A stretch of 64,000 bases of DNA from an uncultured delta proteobacterium (GTDB lineage Bacteria; Myxococcota; Kuafuiibacteriia; Kuafuiibacteriales; Kuafuiibacteriaceae), in NCBI GenBank assembly GCA_963803435.1, contig CAWDML010000006.1:160001-224000 (forward strand). The letters run 5' to 3'. Of this stretch, positions 21,589 to 32,248 are shown one piece after another. A program made the translations under genes and the position numbers. Numbering within the stretch: position 1 is the first letter of the stretch; the number at the start of each line of letters is the position of its first letter. The notes below the pieces were generated by a model, which saw only the letters and a list, made by a program, of their open reading frames with translations, was not told where the DNA came from and did no database searches.

Positions 21589-21936
21589 TCACCTTCTAAT
21601 CGTTAGCCAGTTCTTCGACGGCTCGAGCACGTGGCTCAATGTGGCGAGGAGCTGGATGTCGCCGCCCAGCACGAGTCGCTGGTTCTCCAGCGCCGCGTTG
21701 GGCTCCAGCGTGCCGTCGAGGAATCCGGCAAAGGCCTCTTCAGAGAACCAAGCGAGGAGCTCGGCATCCTGGTCGAAGGCCTCCACAAGCGGGCGCTCGT
21801 GATCTCCGAATCGAATCGTGAGCACGTCACCCTGTCCCACCTCGATGGCGATCGATCCCCTTTGGCTCAGGAACTGATCCGGTTTTTCTCGGATCGCTGC
21901 GCACAGCGCCCCTATGAGCTTTTGGGTTCTCTTCAT
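21589..21936 (-). CDS. SCP2 sterol/lipid-binding domain protein
   Basis: FAGFLDGTLEPNAALENQRLVLGGDIQLL matches the SCP2 C-terminal pattern. Confidence 0.65.
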   Translation of the reverse strand: MKRTQKLIGALCAAIREKPDQFLSQRGSIAIEVGQGDVLTIRFGDHERPLVEAFDQDAELLAWFSEEAFAGFLDGTLEPNAALENQRLVLGGDIQLLATLSHVLEPSKNWLTIRR

Positions 21937-22129
21937 CGCCCCCGCCTTACGTACCCCTTTTCGCCGGGGCGAAAGGAAAGTTGTGCGTTGTTGTGTGACA
22001 AGTCCTACCTATCCGGCGATCATGATGGATCCGTCGTGCTGTCGCGGAGATACACGTTTACGACGATCGGCGGAGCGGCCCAGCGTGCCCCGGCCGTCTC
22101 GGAGGAACGAAACGGGGCCTCGGGCGCCG

Positions 22130-23143
22130 TCAGTAGCCGTTGCTGTAGTGGGCCCAGGCGTTCGCCGGCGTGCCGTAGCGCGCCTTGATATAGCGAAGCA
22201 TGCCGACCGCCTCGTCGAGCGGGACACCGAGGCCGTTCAGGCCGTGCCGATAGTACGCCTTCACGTTGTAGTTGAGCAGCTGGCCGAGCCCGGTGGCGGA
22301 GGAGACGGCGGTGATCCGGCCGTGCTGGAGCTCGTGATAGATCTTCGGCCACTCACTCTTGTGGTTCTTGCGCGAGCCGTACGTGTAGTTGGGGACGCCG
22401 ACCACGCCGTTCGACTCGTGCTTGAGGATCTGATGGAGGCCGGGCGCGCTGCCCCACGAGGGCGGGAGACCTGCGACGTGGGCGGCGGCGCGGAACAGCT
22501 CGCGCGCGCGGCGTGAGCCGGGGGCGAAGCGCACGCCGGGTGAGAAGCGTGTGTAGCTCTGGACCCGACGGTGCGCCTGCTGGAGCGAGCGCCGTCCGCG
22601 TTTGGTCTCGAAGAGCTCCTCGAGCGAGCGCCGGGTCCGCTGGCCAAAGACACCGTTGGTCTCGGTCGGCTTGCCCATGACACGGAGCGTGAGCTGGAGC
22701 TGATTCACCGCGCGCCGAAGAGCGGGGCCGAACACCCCGTTGACGCCCCGGTTCTTGGGATAGAAGCCGAGGTTTTGGAGGACCTGCTTCAGCGCACGGA
22801 CGTCCTCGTTCGGGTGGTGCTTGCCCATCCCGTACTTGAGCCGGGCGTGCGGGACCCGGAGCTCGTCGTGGACCGAGCGCGACGCCGTCACGCGGGCATC
22901 GAGGACGCTGAAACGGGGGGTCGCGCCGGGCTCGACCAGCCGGAGCCCCGCCGCCGCCAAGCCCTCCTGGATCGTGCTCGGGCGAGCGAGGATCGTCCTG
23001 ACCATGGCGTCGTTGGAGCGCGGCACGGGTGCTGTTTGGTCGCTGGCCGCCTGGCTGTCGAGGGCCCCGCCGAGCACGCTGCCGACGCCCGTGACGAGGG
23101 AGATACCTCCGGCGGTGAGCTGGGTCCGCGAGAGCCTCGTCAC
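22130..23143 (-). CDS. Peptidoglycan-binding domain plus lytic-transglycosylase-like domain
   Basis: DVRALKQVL..LGF....NGVFGP..RRAV..LQ...NGVFG..T; HESNG, SSATGLGQL, RYIKARYGTP. Confidence 0.75.
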   Translation of the reverse strand: MTRLSRTQLTAGGISLVTGVGSVLGGALDSQAASDQTAPVPRSNDAMVRTILARPSTIQEGLAAAGLRLVEPGATPRFSVLDARVTASRSVHDELRVPHARLKYGMGKHHPNEDVRALKQVLQNLGFYPKNRGVNGVFGPALRRAVNQLQLTLRVMGKPTETNGVFGQRTRRSLEELFETKRGRRSLQQAHRRVQSYTRFSPGVRFAPGSRRARELFRAAAHVAGLPPSWGSAPGLHQILKHESNGVVGVPNYTYGSRKNHKSEWPKIYHELQHGRITAVSSATGLGQLLNYNVKAYYRHGLNGLGVPLDEAVGMLRYIKARYGTPANAWAHYSNGY

Positions 23144-23312
23144 TCGATCGTTTTCGGCCGCGCGCGAACCCAAACGATTACATCTCGCTTACAGCTCCGA
23201 TCCGCGTGGGTCCGGCCCCATGGACCCCTGTTCGTGCGCGTGTGAGCTTCATCGCCGCGCTTACGCCCGGAGGGTAACAGCGGAAGGCGGTCGGTGAGGC
23301 CACCATGCCGAG

Positions 23313-25838
23313 GTGCTGCCACCTGCGCGGGACCGCTTCTTCGGTCGTGAGGATGACCTCGAGCGAATCCGGGCGCGCCTCCAGGCAGCTCGCCAGGTCA
23401 CGATCGTCGGACCTCCCGGGATTGGGAAGACGCGCGTGGCGCTCGAGCTCGCGCGAAAGCACGGCGACGAATACGACCATGTCTCGTTCATCTCGCTCGG
23501 GAGCGCCCGGACCCTGGGCGCGGCGCTGGCGGCCCTCGGCGGGGCGCTCGAGATCGATCTGCCGCCGCTGCCCGAGCGTGCGCTGCCCGATTCGATTGCG
23601 GGTGAGGTCTCGCGATTCGGTCGGACACTGCTGATCCTCGACAACTTCGAGCAGCTCGTCGACTCCGCCGCCGTCCTGATCGATCGGATCCTAGAGCGAG
23701 CTCCGAGCGCACACCTGGTGGTGACGTCGCGGGCGCGGCTGCGTCTCACCGGCGAGTGGCTCTGCGAGCTGCGGGGTCTCGCCGAGGAGAGCGACGCGCT
23801 CGGCTTGCTGATCGATCGGGTGGAGCGGCTGCGCGGTGAGTACCAGCCCACCGAGGTCGAGCGCGGACAGCTTCGCGCGATCGCTCAGTACCTCGAGGGC
23901 ATCCCGCTGGCGCTCGAGGTAGCCGCCGTCCGGATCAGCGCCCTGGGAACGGCCAACGTCGCCGCCCGGCTGGGCGAGCCGCTGCAGGACGACCTGCGCC
24001 GCGCCGTCGCACGCAGCTGGGATCTCTTGACCGAGGCCGAGCGCGAGGTGCTGGCGGCCTGCTCGATCTTCCGGGGTGGTTTCGAGCTCGCGGCGGCGAC
24101 GAGCGTATTGCCGGCGCCGGGGCTGCTCGACGATCTCACGGAGCTCTGCGAGAAGTCGCTGCTCGCGACCGCGCCGCGCGACGACGGCGGGCAGCGCTTT
24201 CACCTGTACGAGAGCATCCGCGAGTTCGCGGCCGAGCAGCTGGATCCCGAGCGGACCCGCGCGCTGGCGCGCCGCCACGCGCAGTACTTCGTGGAGGTCG
24301 GCGAGCGGCTCCAGACCGCGGCGGAGGGGCGGGACGCCGAGGAGATCCTCGACTCCCTCACGCGCGAGCACGGGAACCTGATGGCGGCTGCGGAGCGCGG
24401 CCTGGCGGGCGACGGTGTGACCCCGGAGCTCGGACTGCGCGCGCTGATGGCGCTGGTGCCCCTCGCGTTGGCGCGAGGTCCGATCGCGCCGCTCCTCGAC
24501 AAGATCGAGGTCGCGCTCGGCTCCGAGGTCGAACCGCACCTCCGGATCGCCGTCCACCTGGCGGCCGGCCGGTGCCACCGGCGCCTGGGGCGCGCGGAGT
24601 TGTCGCGCCACCATCAGAAGGAAGCGGTGGCGCTCGCCACGTCTCTTCGGGACGATCGCCTGATCGCGCGCGTGACCAGCGATGCGGCCATGACGCAGCT
24701 GTCGGAGGGCGAGCTCGAGGGATCGCTGGCGATGCTGAGCGAGGCCGTGGTGATCCGCGAGCGGGTACGCGATCTCGAAGGCGCCGCGCTCGATCGCCTC
24801 CGGATGGGGATGGCGCTCCGCGAGCTGGGCCGGACCGACCGTGCGGAGGAGATGCTCGCCGCAGCCATGGAGATCTTCCGCCGCGAGGGCAACGCCGTGT
24901 ACCTGGGCCTCGCGTTCGGAGAGCTGGTGCACCTGGCCCTCGACCGCGGTCAGTACGAGGATGCGCGCCGGTTGCTCTCTCACGCGCGGCGCTCGGGCGC
25001 GCAGGCTGCCTCGCGTCTGACCGACGCCGCGCTCACCGCGCGCACCGGGATGCTCGCGCACGCGGAGGGCGACCTGGCGCTGGCGGAGACCGGGCTCTCG
25101 GCCGCGATCATCGGCCTCCGGCGCGTCGGGTACCGGAGGTTCGAGGCGGGCGTGATCGGGTATCTGGGCGCGGTGGACTTCGAGGCGGGACGGCTCGAGA
25201 TCGCGCACGAACGGCTGGTGCTGGCGCGGGACATGGTCCCCAACGACGCGCGCGCCACCGAGATCATGTCCGGATGGATCTGCGCGCTCGAGGTCGCGCG
25301 CGGCGATACCTCCGCAGCCCGGCGGGCGGCGGCCCGGATCGGTCCCTTGCGCGCGAGCGATCCGTTGAGCATGGCCACTCACGTGCTGGCGGCCTCGCTC
25401 ACGCATGTCGCCCCGGAGCTGAGCGAGGACCACCGGTCGCACGACGTGCGGCTCGCCTACCGGATCGGGCTCGCCGACCACAGCGCGGACTGCGTTCATG
25501 CGGCGCGCTCGGGCGCCCTCCGCGTGGCGGCCTCAGGGCAATGGTTCATGCTGCCGACCGGCGTGCGCGGCGAGTGCAACCGCTATCGCGCACTCCGCTT
25601 GGTCCTGCTCGAGCTCGTCAAGCAGCGCCTCCTCCATCCCAACGGTCCGGCCAGCCGCGACGCGCTGATCGCCGCCGGATGGCCGGGTGAGCGGATCGTA
25701 CCGTCGGCCGCACGGAACCGTCTCAAGGTCGCGATCGCCTCGCTGCGCAGGATCGGTCTCGAAGGACTCCTGCTGCGCTCGGAGGGCGGCTATCTCCTCG
25801 ACCCCGCCGTTCCGATCGTGGTGATGGGCGACGAGTGA
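23313..25838 (+). CDS. STAND (NB-ARC-like) ATPase with TPR region and C-terminal winged-HTH
   Basis: FFGRE, GPPGIGKT, LLILDNFE, VTSR, GIPLAL; C-terminal WPGE...NRLKVAIASLRR..GGYLLDP. Confidence 0.85.
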   Translation: MLPPARDRFFGREDDLERIRARLQAARQVTIVGPPGIGKTRVALELARKHGDEYDHVSFISLGSARTLGAALAALGGALEIDLPPLPERALPDSIAGEVSRFGRTLLILDNFEQLVDSAAVLIDRILERAPSAHLVVTSRARLRLTGEWLCELRGLAEESDALGLLIDRVERLRGEYQPTEVERGQLRAIAQYLEGIPLALEVAAVRISALGTANVAARLGEPLQDDLRRAVARSWDLLTEAEREVLAACSIFRGGFELAAATSVLPAPGLLDDLTELCEKSLLATAPRDDGGQRFHLYESIREFAAEQLDPERTRALARRHAQYFVEVGERLQTAAEGRDAEEILDSLTREHGNLMAAAERGLAGDGVTPELGLRALMALVPLALARGPIAPLLDKIEVALGSEVEPHLRIAVHLAAGRCHRRLGRAELSRHHQKEAVALATSLRDDRLIARVTSDAAMTQLSEGELEGSLAMLSEAVVIRERVRDLEGAALDRLRMGMALRELGRTDRAEEMLAAAMEIFRREGNAVYLGLAFGELVHLALDRGQYEDARRLLSHARRSGAQAASRLTDAALTARTGMLAHAEGDLALAETGLSAAIIGLRRVGYRRFEAGVIGYLGAVDFEAGRLEIAHERLVLARDMVPNDARATEIMSGWICALEVARGDTSAARRAAARIGPLRASDPLSMATHVLAASLTHVAPELSEDHRSHDVRLAYRIGLADHSADCVHAARSGALRVAASGQWFMLPTGVRGECNRYRALRLVLLELVKQRLLHPNGPASRDALIAAGWPGERIVPSAARNRLKVAIASLRRIGLEGLLLRSEGGYLLDPAVPIVVMGDE

Positions 25839-25876
25839 TCTCGGGATCAGCGGCGCCTGAGAGTAGCGGCGGTCCT

Positions 25877-27170
25877 TCAAGCTCGGGGGGACGCCGGCGC
25901 GATCGGGAGCTCGATGCTCACCTTGGTCCCCAGGCCGATCTGGCTCTCGAACGCGATCTCGCCCTGGTGATCACCCACGACCTGGTGCGCGATCGCCAGC
26001 CCCAGGCCCATCCGCACCCGGCCGTCGCGCCTGGTGAAGCCGGGCTCGAACACGCGCGACAGCTCGTCCTCGCTCATGCCGACGCCGTTGTCGTCGATCT
26101 CCACGCACACGCACTCGCGATAGGCGCGCGTCCGCACCACGATCACCGCGTCGCCCTTTCCCTCGACGGCGTCGCACGCGTTGCGGAGGACCGTCGAGAA
26201 GACCTCGTTGAGACGCGCTGGATAGCAGACGATCGAGGCGGTCTTCGAGTAGTCGCGCACCAGCGAGATGCCGTCGAGCCGGTGCCGGAGGAGCGCGAGC
26301 GCGTCCTCGAGGCAGGTCTCGACGCCAATCTCTTGCTTCACGGCCTCGTCGAGACGCACGAAGCTCTTGAGGCGGCGCACGATGCTGTCGATCCGCTGGC
26401 TCGCGTCGGCAATCGCGCGGCTCGACTCGGTCAGCGCGCCCAGCACGCCCGGGCTGGGTGCCGCCTCCACCGCGCGCACCTTGGTGACGGCGCGGTCAAT
26501 CGTCTGGCTGGCGCTGACCATGGTCCCGAGCGGCGAGTTCATCTCGTGGGTGATGCCGGCGACGAGGTGCACCAGCGCGGCCATCTTCTGCGACTCGAGC
26601 ACCCGGGCCTGCGACTTCTTCATCTCCATCGTCCGCGCCGCGACAATCTCTTCGAGGGACGCCTTCAGGCGGCCGAGCTCCGCGGTGGCGACGTCGAGCT
26701 CACGATCCCGCTTGGCTGCAGCGATCGCCGCCGCTGCGTGCGAGGCCGCCGCGGCGAGCCAGGTCTGCTCCTCTGCGTCGAACGGCCGTGGATCCGGGTC
26801 GGCGAGCGCGAAGACGCCCACGGGACGGCTGCGGGTCCGCAACACAATCGCGACCCTCCGCCAGCCCGGCGGCGCCTCGGGTAGCGCGAGCTCGAGGGCG
26901 GTCGAGGTCAGGACCTCCGGACTGATCGGCGTCTCTTCGCCAATCGGGGCCGGCTCGCAGCCGACGGCGACCGCGACCCGGAGGACGGCCGCAGCCTCGT
27001 CGAGCAGCAGGACCAGGGCGCGCGGCTGCTCGAAGACCCGCTCGGCCGCCGCGAGAATGATGGCGAGCTTGTGATCCAGGTTCGCGATGGAGGTGAGCTC
27101 GGCGGCGAGAATCACTCAGCGCTCGAACCTCCTCGCGCCTTCGCGCGAGCGCCCGCTCGAGGTCGCTCAT
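25877..27170 (-). CDS. Cytoplasmic GAF-like histidine kinase; +1 frameshift near 27110
   Basis: ATG at 27170 overlaps the upstream TGA; removing one T gives [25 protein letters not shown]; THEMNSP, NACDA, DNGVG, GLGL. Confidence 0.85.
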
Positions 27171-28324
27171 CTCGCGCCGTCGTGCACAGCCTGCGCCGGG
27201 AGCCAGATCGTCACTCGCGCGCCTCCTCCTGGTGCCGACCCGAACTCCAGACGACCGTGATTGGCCTCGATCAGACCGAGCGTGATCGCGAGCCCGAGCC
27301 CTGTCCCTTCACCTTCCGCCTTGGTCGTGAAGAACGGATCGCAGATCTTGTCCAGGATCGACTCCGGGATGCCGCCGCCCTGATCCGAGACTGCGACCCC
27401 GACCATCTCCTCGGAGCGCAGGCCGTCGATATGGACCGTGCCTCGGTCCGGCGAGGCGTGGATCGCGTTGAGCAGGACGTTGATGAGGCTCTGCATCAGC
27501 TGACCGCGATCGGCCACCGCGATCGCACCGCACTCTTCGTGTTCGAGCACGATCGAGCGCTTCAACGCCGCCGGGCGCGCGAGCCCGATCGAGGCCGCCA
27601 CCACGGCGTCCACGTCGACCTCCTCGCGGAGGATCGGGCGCTGGCGTGCGAAGTCGAGGAGGTTGCGCGTGATCGTGTGAATCCGGTCGAGCGCTTCCTT
27701 CATGAGGTCGAAGTACGGGGCCTCGCCGGGGCCCACCTCGCGGACGGTCCGCAGCCGGCTCAGCGCCGCCATCACGCCGGCCAGCGGGTTGTTGATCTCG
27801 TGGGCCACGCCCGACGCCAAGAGACCGATCGAGGAGAGCTTCTCCGTCTGGACCAGCTTCGCGTGCTCGTCGCGGAGCCGCCGGTGCGCCTCGTGAAGAT
27901 CGGCGGTCCGCACCGCCTGGCTCACCGCGATCGCGGCCAGGTCGCCAAACGCCTGGAGGATCTTCGCCTCGGCGGGCGTGGACGGGCTGTCGAGGAACAG
28001 GACGACCCAGCCGAAGAGATCTCGCTCGCTCACCAGCGGATGCGCGGCGGCGTCCCGCGACTCGCCGAGGTACGCCTTGAGCTCCTGTCCGATGTCGAAG
28101 CCGACCTCCATGACGCTGGCCTCCCACGACTTCGCCGCCTCGGGAAGGTTGCGGGCCGCCGCCACCGCGAGCCGTCCACTCCGCAGGACGCGGACCACCA
28201 CCACACCCGCGGTCGGCACCTGGTGCACCATCGCGTCCGCCAGGCGCGGCAGGATCTCGTCCGGCTCCGCCGCGTTGGCGACGAGCCGGCTGAATCCGAC
28301 CAAGAGGTCGACCGAGGGATCCAC
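27167..28324 (-). CDS. Cytoplasmic GAF-like histidine kinase
   Basis: AHEINNP, NAIHA, DQGGG, FFTTK, GTGLGL; start uncertain. Confidence 0.88.
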   Translation of the reverse strand: MDPSVDLLVGFSRLVANAAEPDEILPRLADAMVHQVPTAGVVVVRVLRSGRLAVAAARNLPEAAKSWEASVMEVGFDIGQELKAYLGESRDAAAHPLVSERDLFGWVVLFLDSPSTPAEAKILQAFGDLAAIAVSQAVRTADLHEAHRRLRDEHAKLVQTEKLSSIGLLASGVAHEINNPLAGVMAALSRLRTVREVGPGEAPYFDLMKEALDRIHTITRNLLDFARQRPILREEVDVDAVVAASIGLARPAALKRSIVLEHEECGAIAVADRGQLMQSLINVLLNAIHASPDRGTVHIDGLRSEEMVGVAVSDQGGGIPESILDKICDPFFTTKAEGEGTGLGLAITLGLIEANHGRLEFGSAPGGGARVTIWLPAQAVHDGAR

Positions 28325-28407
28325 GGCGCGATCATCATGATCCGCAGGGACGACCCGCCACAAGGGATCTTAACTGACGGATTCGTCCGTGCTACCGGCT
28401 GCTCTCG

Positions 28408-29304
28408 GTGACGATCAAGCTGGACGCGCGAACGCTCGAGAAGCGGAGGGCCTTCTTCCACATCACCGACGCCGACCTCGAGCGCCTGGCCCGAATGCGG
28501 CCGCTGGCCGAGCGGCATCACGAGGTGATCGTCGAGGAGTTCTACGACCTCTTGCTGGCTCACGAGGAGACGCGGGCGTTCCTCAAGGACCAGGCCACGA
28601 TTGCGCGGGTGAAGGCCGCCCAGAAGGACTATTTTCTGGGGCTGTTCGAGGGTCGCTGCGATCTCTCCTACGCGGTCGATCGGGTGCGCGTCGGCTCCGC
28701 CCACGAGCGGATCGGGCTGCCGCCCACCTGGTATCTCGGAGCGTACAACCACTACCTCGAGCTCCTCTTCAAGCGAATGGCGGAGGAGCTCGAGCCCGAG
28801 GAGGCCCAGCGGGCCTACCGCAGCCTGGAGAAGCTGGTCTTCTTCGACGCCGCGATCGCGATCGACACCTACGTCGACGCCAGCGTCGAGAACGTGCGGC
28901 GCCACCAGGACGCGATCCGCGAGCTCTCCACGCCCGTGATCAAGATCCACGAGCGCGTGCTGCTGCTCCCGATCATCGGCACCATGGACACGCAGCGCGC
29001 GCAACAGATCATGGAGACGGTCCTCTCGCGGGTCGTCGACGAGCAGGCTCGGGTGATCATCCTCGACATCGCCGGCGTCGCGGTGGTCGACACCGAGGTC
29101 GCGGACCACCTGCTCAAGACCACCGCCGCGATCCGACTCCTCGGCGCCCAGACGGTGCTGACCGGGATCTCCGCGCAGGTGGCGCGCACGGTGGTCCAGC
29201 TCGGGGTCGACATCTCGTCGATGACCACGCGCAGCAACCTGGCCGACGGCATCAAGTTCGCGCTCAACACCGTCGGCTTCGAGATCGCGGAGCGATCCAC
29301 ATGA
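28408..29304 (+). CDS. rsbR: Stressosome RsbR with N-terminal protoglobin/sensor-globin domain
   Basis: EFY (B10 Tyr), GSAHERIGL (proximal His); STAS ELSTPVI, DTQRA, VDTEVA. Confidence 0.88.
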   Translation: MTIKLDARTLEKRRAFFHITDADLERLARMRPLAERHHEVIVEEFYDLLLAHEETRAFLKDQATIARVKAAQKDYFLGLFEGRCDLSYAVDRVRVGSAHERIGLPPTWYLGAYNHYLELLFKRMAEELEPEEAQRAYRSLEKLVFFDAAIAIDTYVDASVENVRRHQDAIRELSTPVIKIHERVLLLPIIGTMDTQRAQQIMETVLSRVVDEQARVIILDIAGVAVVDTEVADHLLKTTAAIRLLGAQTVLTGISAQVARTVVQLGVDISSMTTRSNLADGIKFALNTVGFEIAERST

Positions 29305-29654
29305 GGGGACGAATCCCCGTCCTCCGCATCGGCAAGAACCTCCTGGTCAGCATCCAGCAGGAGCTCACGGACTCCGTCGCGGAGGCGCTCCAGCAGGACG
29401 TGCTCTCGGTGATCGAGCGACACGGCGCGAGCGGGCTCCTGATCGACGTCTCGGCGCTCGACACCGTCGACACCTACGTCGCGTCGGTGTTGGCGGGCAC
29501 GGGACAGATGGCGCGGCTGATGGGGACCCGGTCGGTGATCGTCGGCATCCGGCCCGAGGTCGCGGCCACGCTGGTCAGGATGGGATTCCACTTCGAGGGC
29601 ATCGAGACAGCGCTCAACGCCGAGGAGGGCCTGTCGTTGCTCGCGCGGGATTGA
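29301..29654 (+). CDS. rsbS: Stressosome RsbS (STAS)
   Basis: IPVLRIG..LLVSIQ, LIDVSALDTVDTY, GIRPEVAATLV; ATGA overlap with rsbR. Confidence 0.9.
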   Translation: MRGRIPVLRIGKNLLVSIQQELTDSVAEALQQDVLSVIERHGASGLLIDVSALDTVDTYVASVLAGTGQMARLMGTRSVIVGIRPEVAATLVRMGFHFEGIETALNAEEGLSLLARD

Positions 29655-29656
29655 GG

Positions 29657-30076
29657 ATGATGGGGTCGCCGGCCATCACAGCGCACGAGCTGAAGATCGA
29701 CGAGGAGCAGGATATCGTCCTCGTCCGCAACGCCGTGCGCCGCGCGGCGGAGAACCGCGGCTTCGACACCTTCGCGATCGCCGCCCTCACCACCGCCGCG
29801 TCCGAGCTGAGTCGCAACATCTGGCGCCACGCGCGCCGCGGCCGGGCCGTCATCACCGAGATCGAGGAGGGCGCGCGTCACGGGATCCAGATCGAGTTCG
29901 ACGATCAAGGCCCTGGGATCCCGGATCTCGGTCTGGCCCTCGCCGATGGGTACAGCACCGCCGGGTCGCTCGGCCTCGGCCTTTCGGGAAGCAAGCGACT
30001 CGTCGACGAGTTCGAGATCAGCTCGACCGTCGGGCACGGGACTTGCGTGACGATCGTGAAGTGGCTTCGCTCGTAG
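29657..30076 (+). CDS. rsbT: Stressosome kinase RsbT
   Basis: TAASELSRNI, DQGPGI, GYST..SLGLGL.G.KRLVDEF. Confidence 0.92.
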   Translation: MMGSPAITAHELKIDEEQDIVLVRNAVRRAAENRGFDTFAIAALTTAASELSRNIWRHARRGRAVITEIEEGARHGIQIEFDDQGPGIPDLGLALADGYSTAGSLGLGLSGSKRLVDEFEISSTVGHGTCVTIVKWLRS

Positions 30077-31059
30077 ACCACTGGCTGCCGGACAAAGACG
30101 GCATCCGCGTCGTCGACGATGCGTCGGTCTCCCAGGTGCGCACCCGGATCCGGAGTCTCGGGGGCGAGCTCGGCGACACGGCCTTCGTCGAGCGCTGTGC
30201 GCTGATCGGCAGCGAGCTCGCCACCAACCAGGTCCGACACGCAGGCGGCGGCGTCGTGCAGGTCCGCGCGCTGGCCCGGGGCGGCGTGGGCGGCCTCGAG
30301 ATCATCGCCGCCGATGCGGGCCCCGGCATCTCCCCGGCGGTCTTTCACCGGACGGCGCGTCCCCAGAGCGGCAGCCTCGGCGCCGGGCTGACCTCGGTCG
30401 AGCGTCAGGCCGACGAGATCGACTTCGACATCCGTGCCGGCGAGGGCACGTGCATCCGCGCCCGCAAGTTCGCCGGTGCGGCGCCCCGCCGGCGCGAGAT
30501 CGCGATCGCCGGGCGTCCGCTCGCAGGCGAGCCGGTCAGCGGCGACCACGCGTGCTTCTGGAGGAACGACCACCAGCTCGTCGTCTGCATGCTCGACGGT
30601 GTGGGCCACGGGCAGCTCGCCCGCGACGCTGCGGACGCCGGGATCGAGGCCCTCACCAGCCACGGCGTCACGGATCCGCTGCGCGCGCTCCGGGTCGTCG
30701 AGAGGCGGCTCCTCCACCAGCGCGGCGCGGTGTTCTCCCATCTGGCGCTCGACGAGTCGACGATGACGGCGACGCGCCTCGGGATCGGCAACGCGACCAC
30801 GCTCCTGGCGGGTCCCGGCGGCTCCCATCGCTTCGTGAACATCAACGGTGTCGTCGGCCAACCGATCGCCAAGCGCCGCATTCTCCCCGAGGCCGTGACC
30901 GTGCTGCCCGGTCAGATCATCGTGATGCACACGGACGGCCTAACCTCGCACGTCGACCTGACCGACCTCTTCTTTCGATCGCCGATCGCCATCGCGACGC
31001 AGCTGCTCGAGACCTTCGGCCGGGACCACGACGACGCCACAGTCCTGGTGATCAAGTAG
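30061..31059 (+). CDS. rsbX: RsbX-like PP2C/SpoIIE phosphatase with N-terminal HATPase-like domain
   Basis: SELATN..H, D.GPG, GAGL; SGD, DGVGHG, HTDG, DDATV. Confidence 0.8.
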   Translation: MASLVDHWLPDKDGIRVVDDASVSQVRTRIRSLGGELGDTAFVERCALIGSELATNQVRHAGGGVVQVRALARGGVGGLEIIAADAGPGISPAVFHRTARPQSGSLGAGLTSVERQADEIDFDIRAGEGTCIRARKFAGAAPRRREIAIAGRPLAGEPVSGDHACFWRNDHQLVVCMLDGVGHGQLARDAADAGIEALTSHGVTDPLRALRVVERRLLHQRGAVFSHLALDESTMTATRLGIGNATTLLAGPGGSHRFVNINGVVGQPIAKRRILPEAVTVLPGQIIVMHTDGLTSHVDLTDLFFRSPIAIATQLLETFGRDHDDATVLVIK

Positions 31060-31065
31060 CGCGCT

Positions 31066-32248
31066 TCACGGGATCGCTTCGCCATTCCAGCAGATGTCGA
31101 AGAAGTAGGCCGCCATCAGATCCGATCGCTGGTGACGTCCGGTGCCCAGGTGCTTTCGGTACGCCGCCACGTGGGAGTAGCTCAGGAACTGATAGAGCGC
31201 CGGGAGGAGATCGCCCGGCTCGGCGTAGAGGTCGGTGGCGCTGGAGAAGAGCTCCGCCATGCTGGACGGGATGTCCTTCCAGTTGAGGATCATGTCCCGG
31301 ACCAGGGCCACGCTGATCTTTCGGCGGTATCCCGGCGGTGCCACCTGAGGCTCGCCCCTCGGGCCCTGGAGGACGGCGTCGACGAACATGCGCGTGGGCA
31401 TCACGGTGACGCCGGCGGTCGGGCGCGGGTTGCACTCGATGACGTAGAACCCGTGCGGGGTGGCGATGAAGTCGAAGGAGATCTGCCCGTGGTATCCGAT
31501 CGCTTCGGCGACGCGCTGCGCCACCCTCAAGGTGTCGCTCGGATCCACCGACGCGAAGACGATGCCGCCCGCGTGGTCGATCGTCTTCGGATGGATGTAG
31601 GTCGAGTGGGCGGCCAGCCGTCCGTGGTGCACTACGCTGAAGCTGCAGTAGTCGATGCCCTCGAGGAACTCCTGCACCAACCACGGGTTCTCGTGCGTGA
31701 CCTCGCACTGCTCCAGCGAGAGCGCGCCGTCGAGGGGACCTGCGTTGGTGTACAGGTCGAGGCCGCCGCGCGAGTAGGCGGGGCGCGCGAAGAACTCGCC
31801 AATCTCACGGCCCGCGGCGGCCAGAATCCTCACGGCTCTCGACCACGATGGTGCGGGGTGCCGGCAGGCCGAGCTCCTCGAGCAGCTCCACGAAGCGAAC
31901 CTTGTCGTGCAGCCTCGCCAGCGTCGCGAACGGCGACGCGAAGACCGTCGTGTGTGCGGAGAGACGTTCGAGGTGGCGCGCCACGTAGAAGACCTCTTCG
32001 AACCCAGGTACGAGCAGATCGATCTCGTAACGCTTCGTGATCTCATCGAGCACATCGAGAAACTCTTCCGGTTGCTGCCGCGGCGGCGGCGTCACCAGGC
32101 TCTCCTCGACGTAGCGCGAGTGGCTTCCGGGCGCCGCAGCGAACGTGTCCGAGGCGAAGACCGTCACGCCCATCTTCCCGAACTTGCGGATCTCGTCGAG
32201 AACGAAGGGCATGCGTGAGCTGGTGAGCAGGACCCGGTTCACGCTCAT
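31066..32248 (-). CDS. ATP-grasp protein; +1 frameshift near 31825
   Basis: N-terminal VLLTSSRMP, LVPGFEE, LHDK joins RPAYSRGG, VQEFLEG, GQISFDFI, IECNPR after removing one T. Confidence 0.82.

Noticed and set aside
22130-23143. Prophage remnant suggested by the lytic transglycosylase
   Set aside because: No integrase, structural genes or compositional shift nearby.
23144-23185. Sigma28-like promoters upstream of 23143 and 39968
   Set aside because: Only partial -10 matches (GCCGAAA, ACCGTAA) with weak -35 elements; too weak to call.
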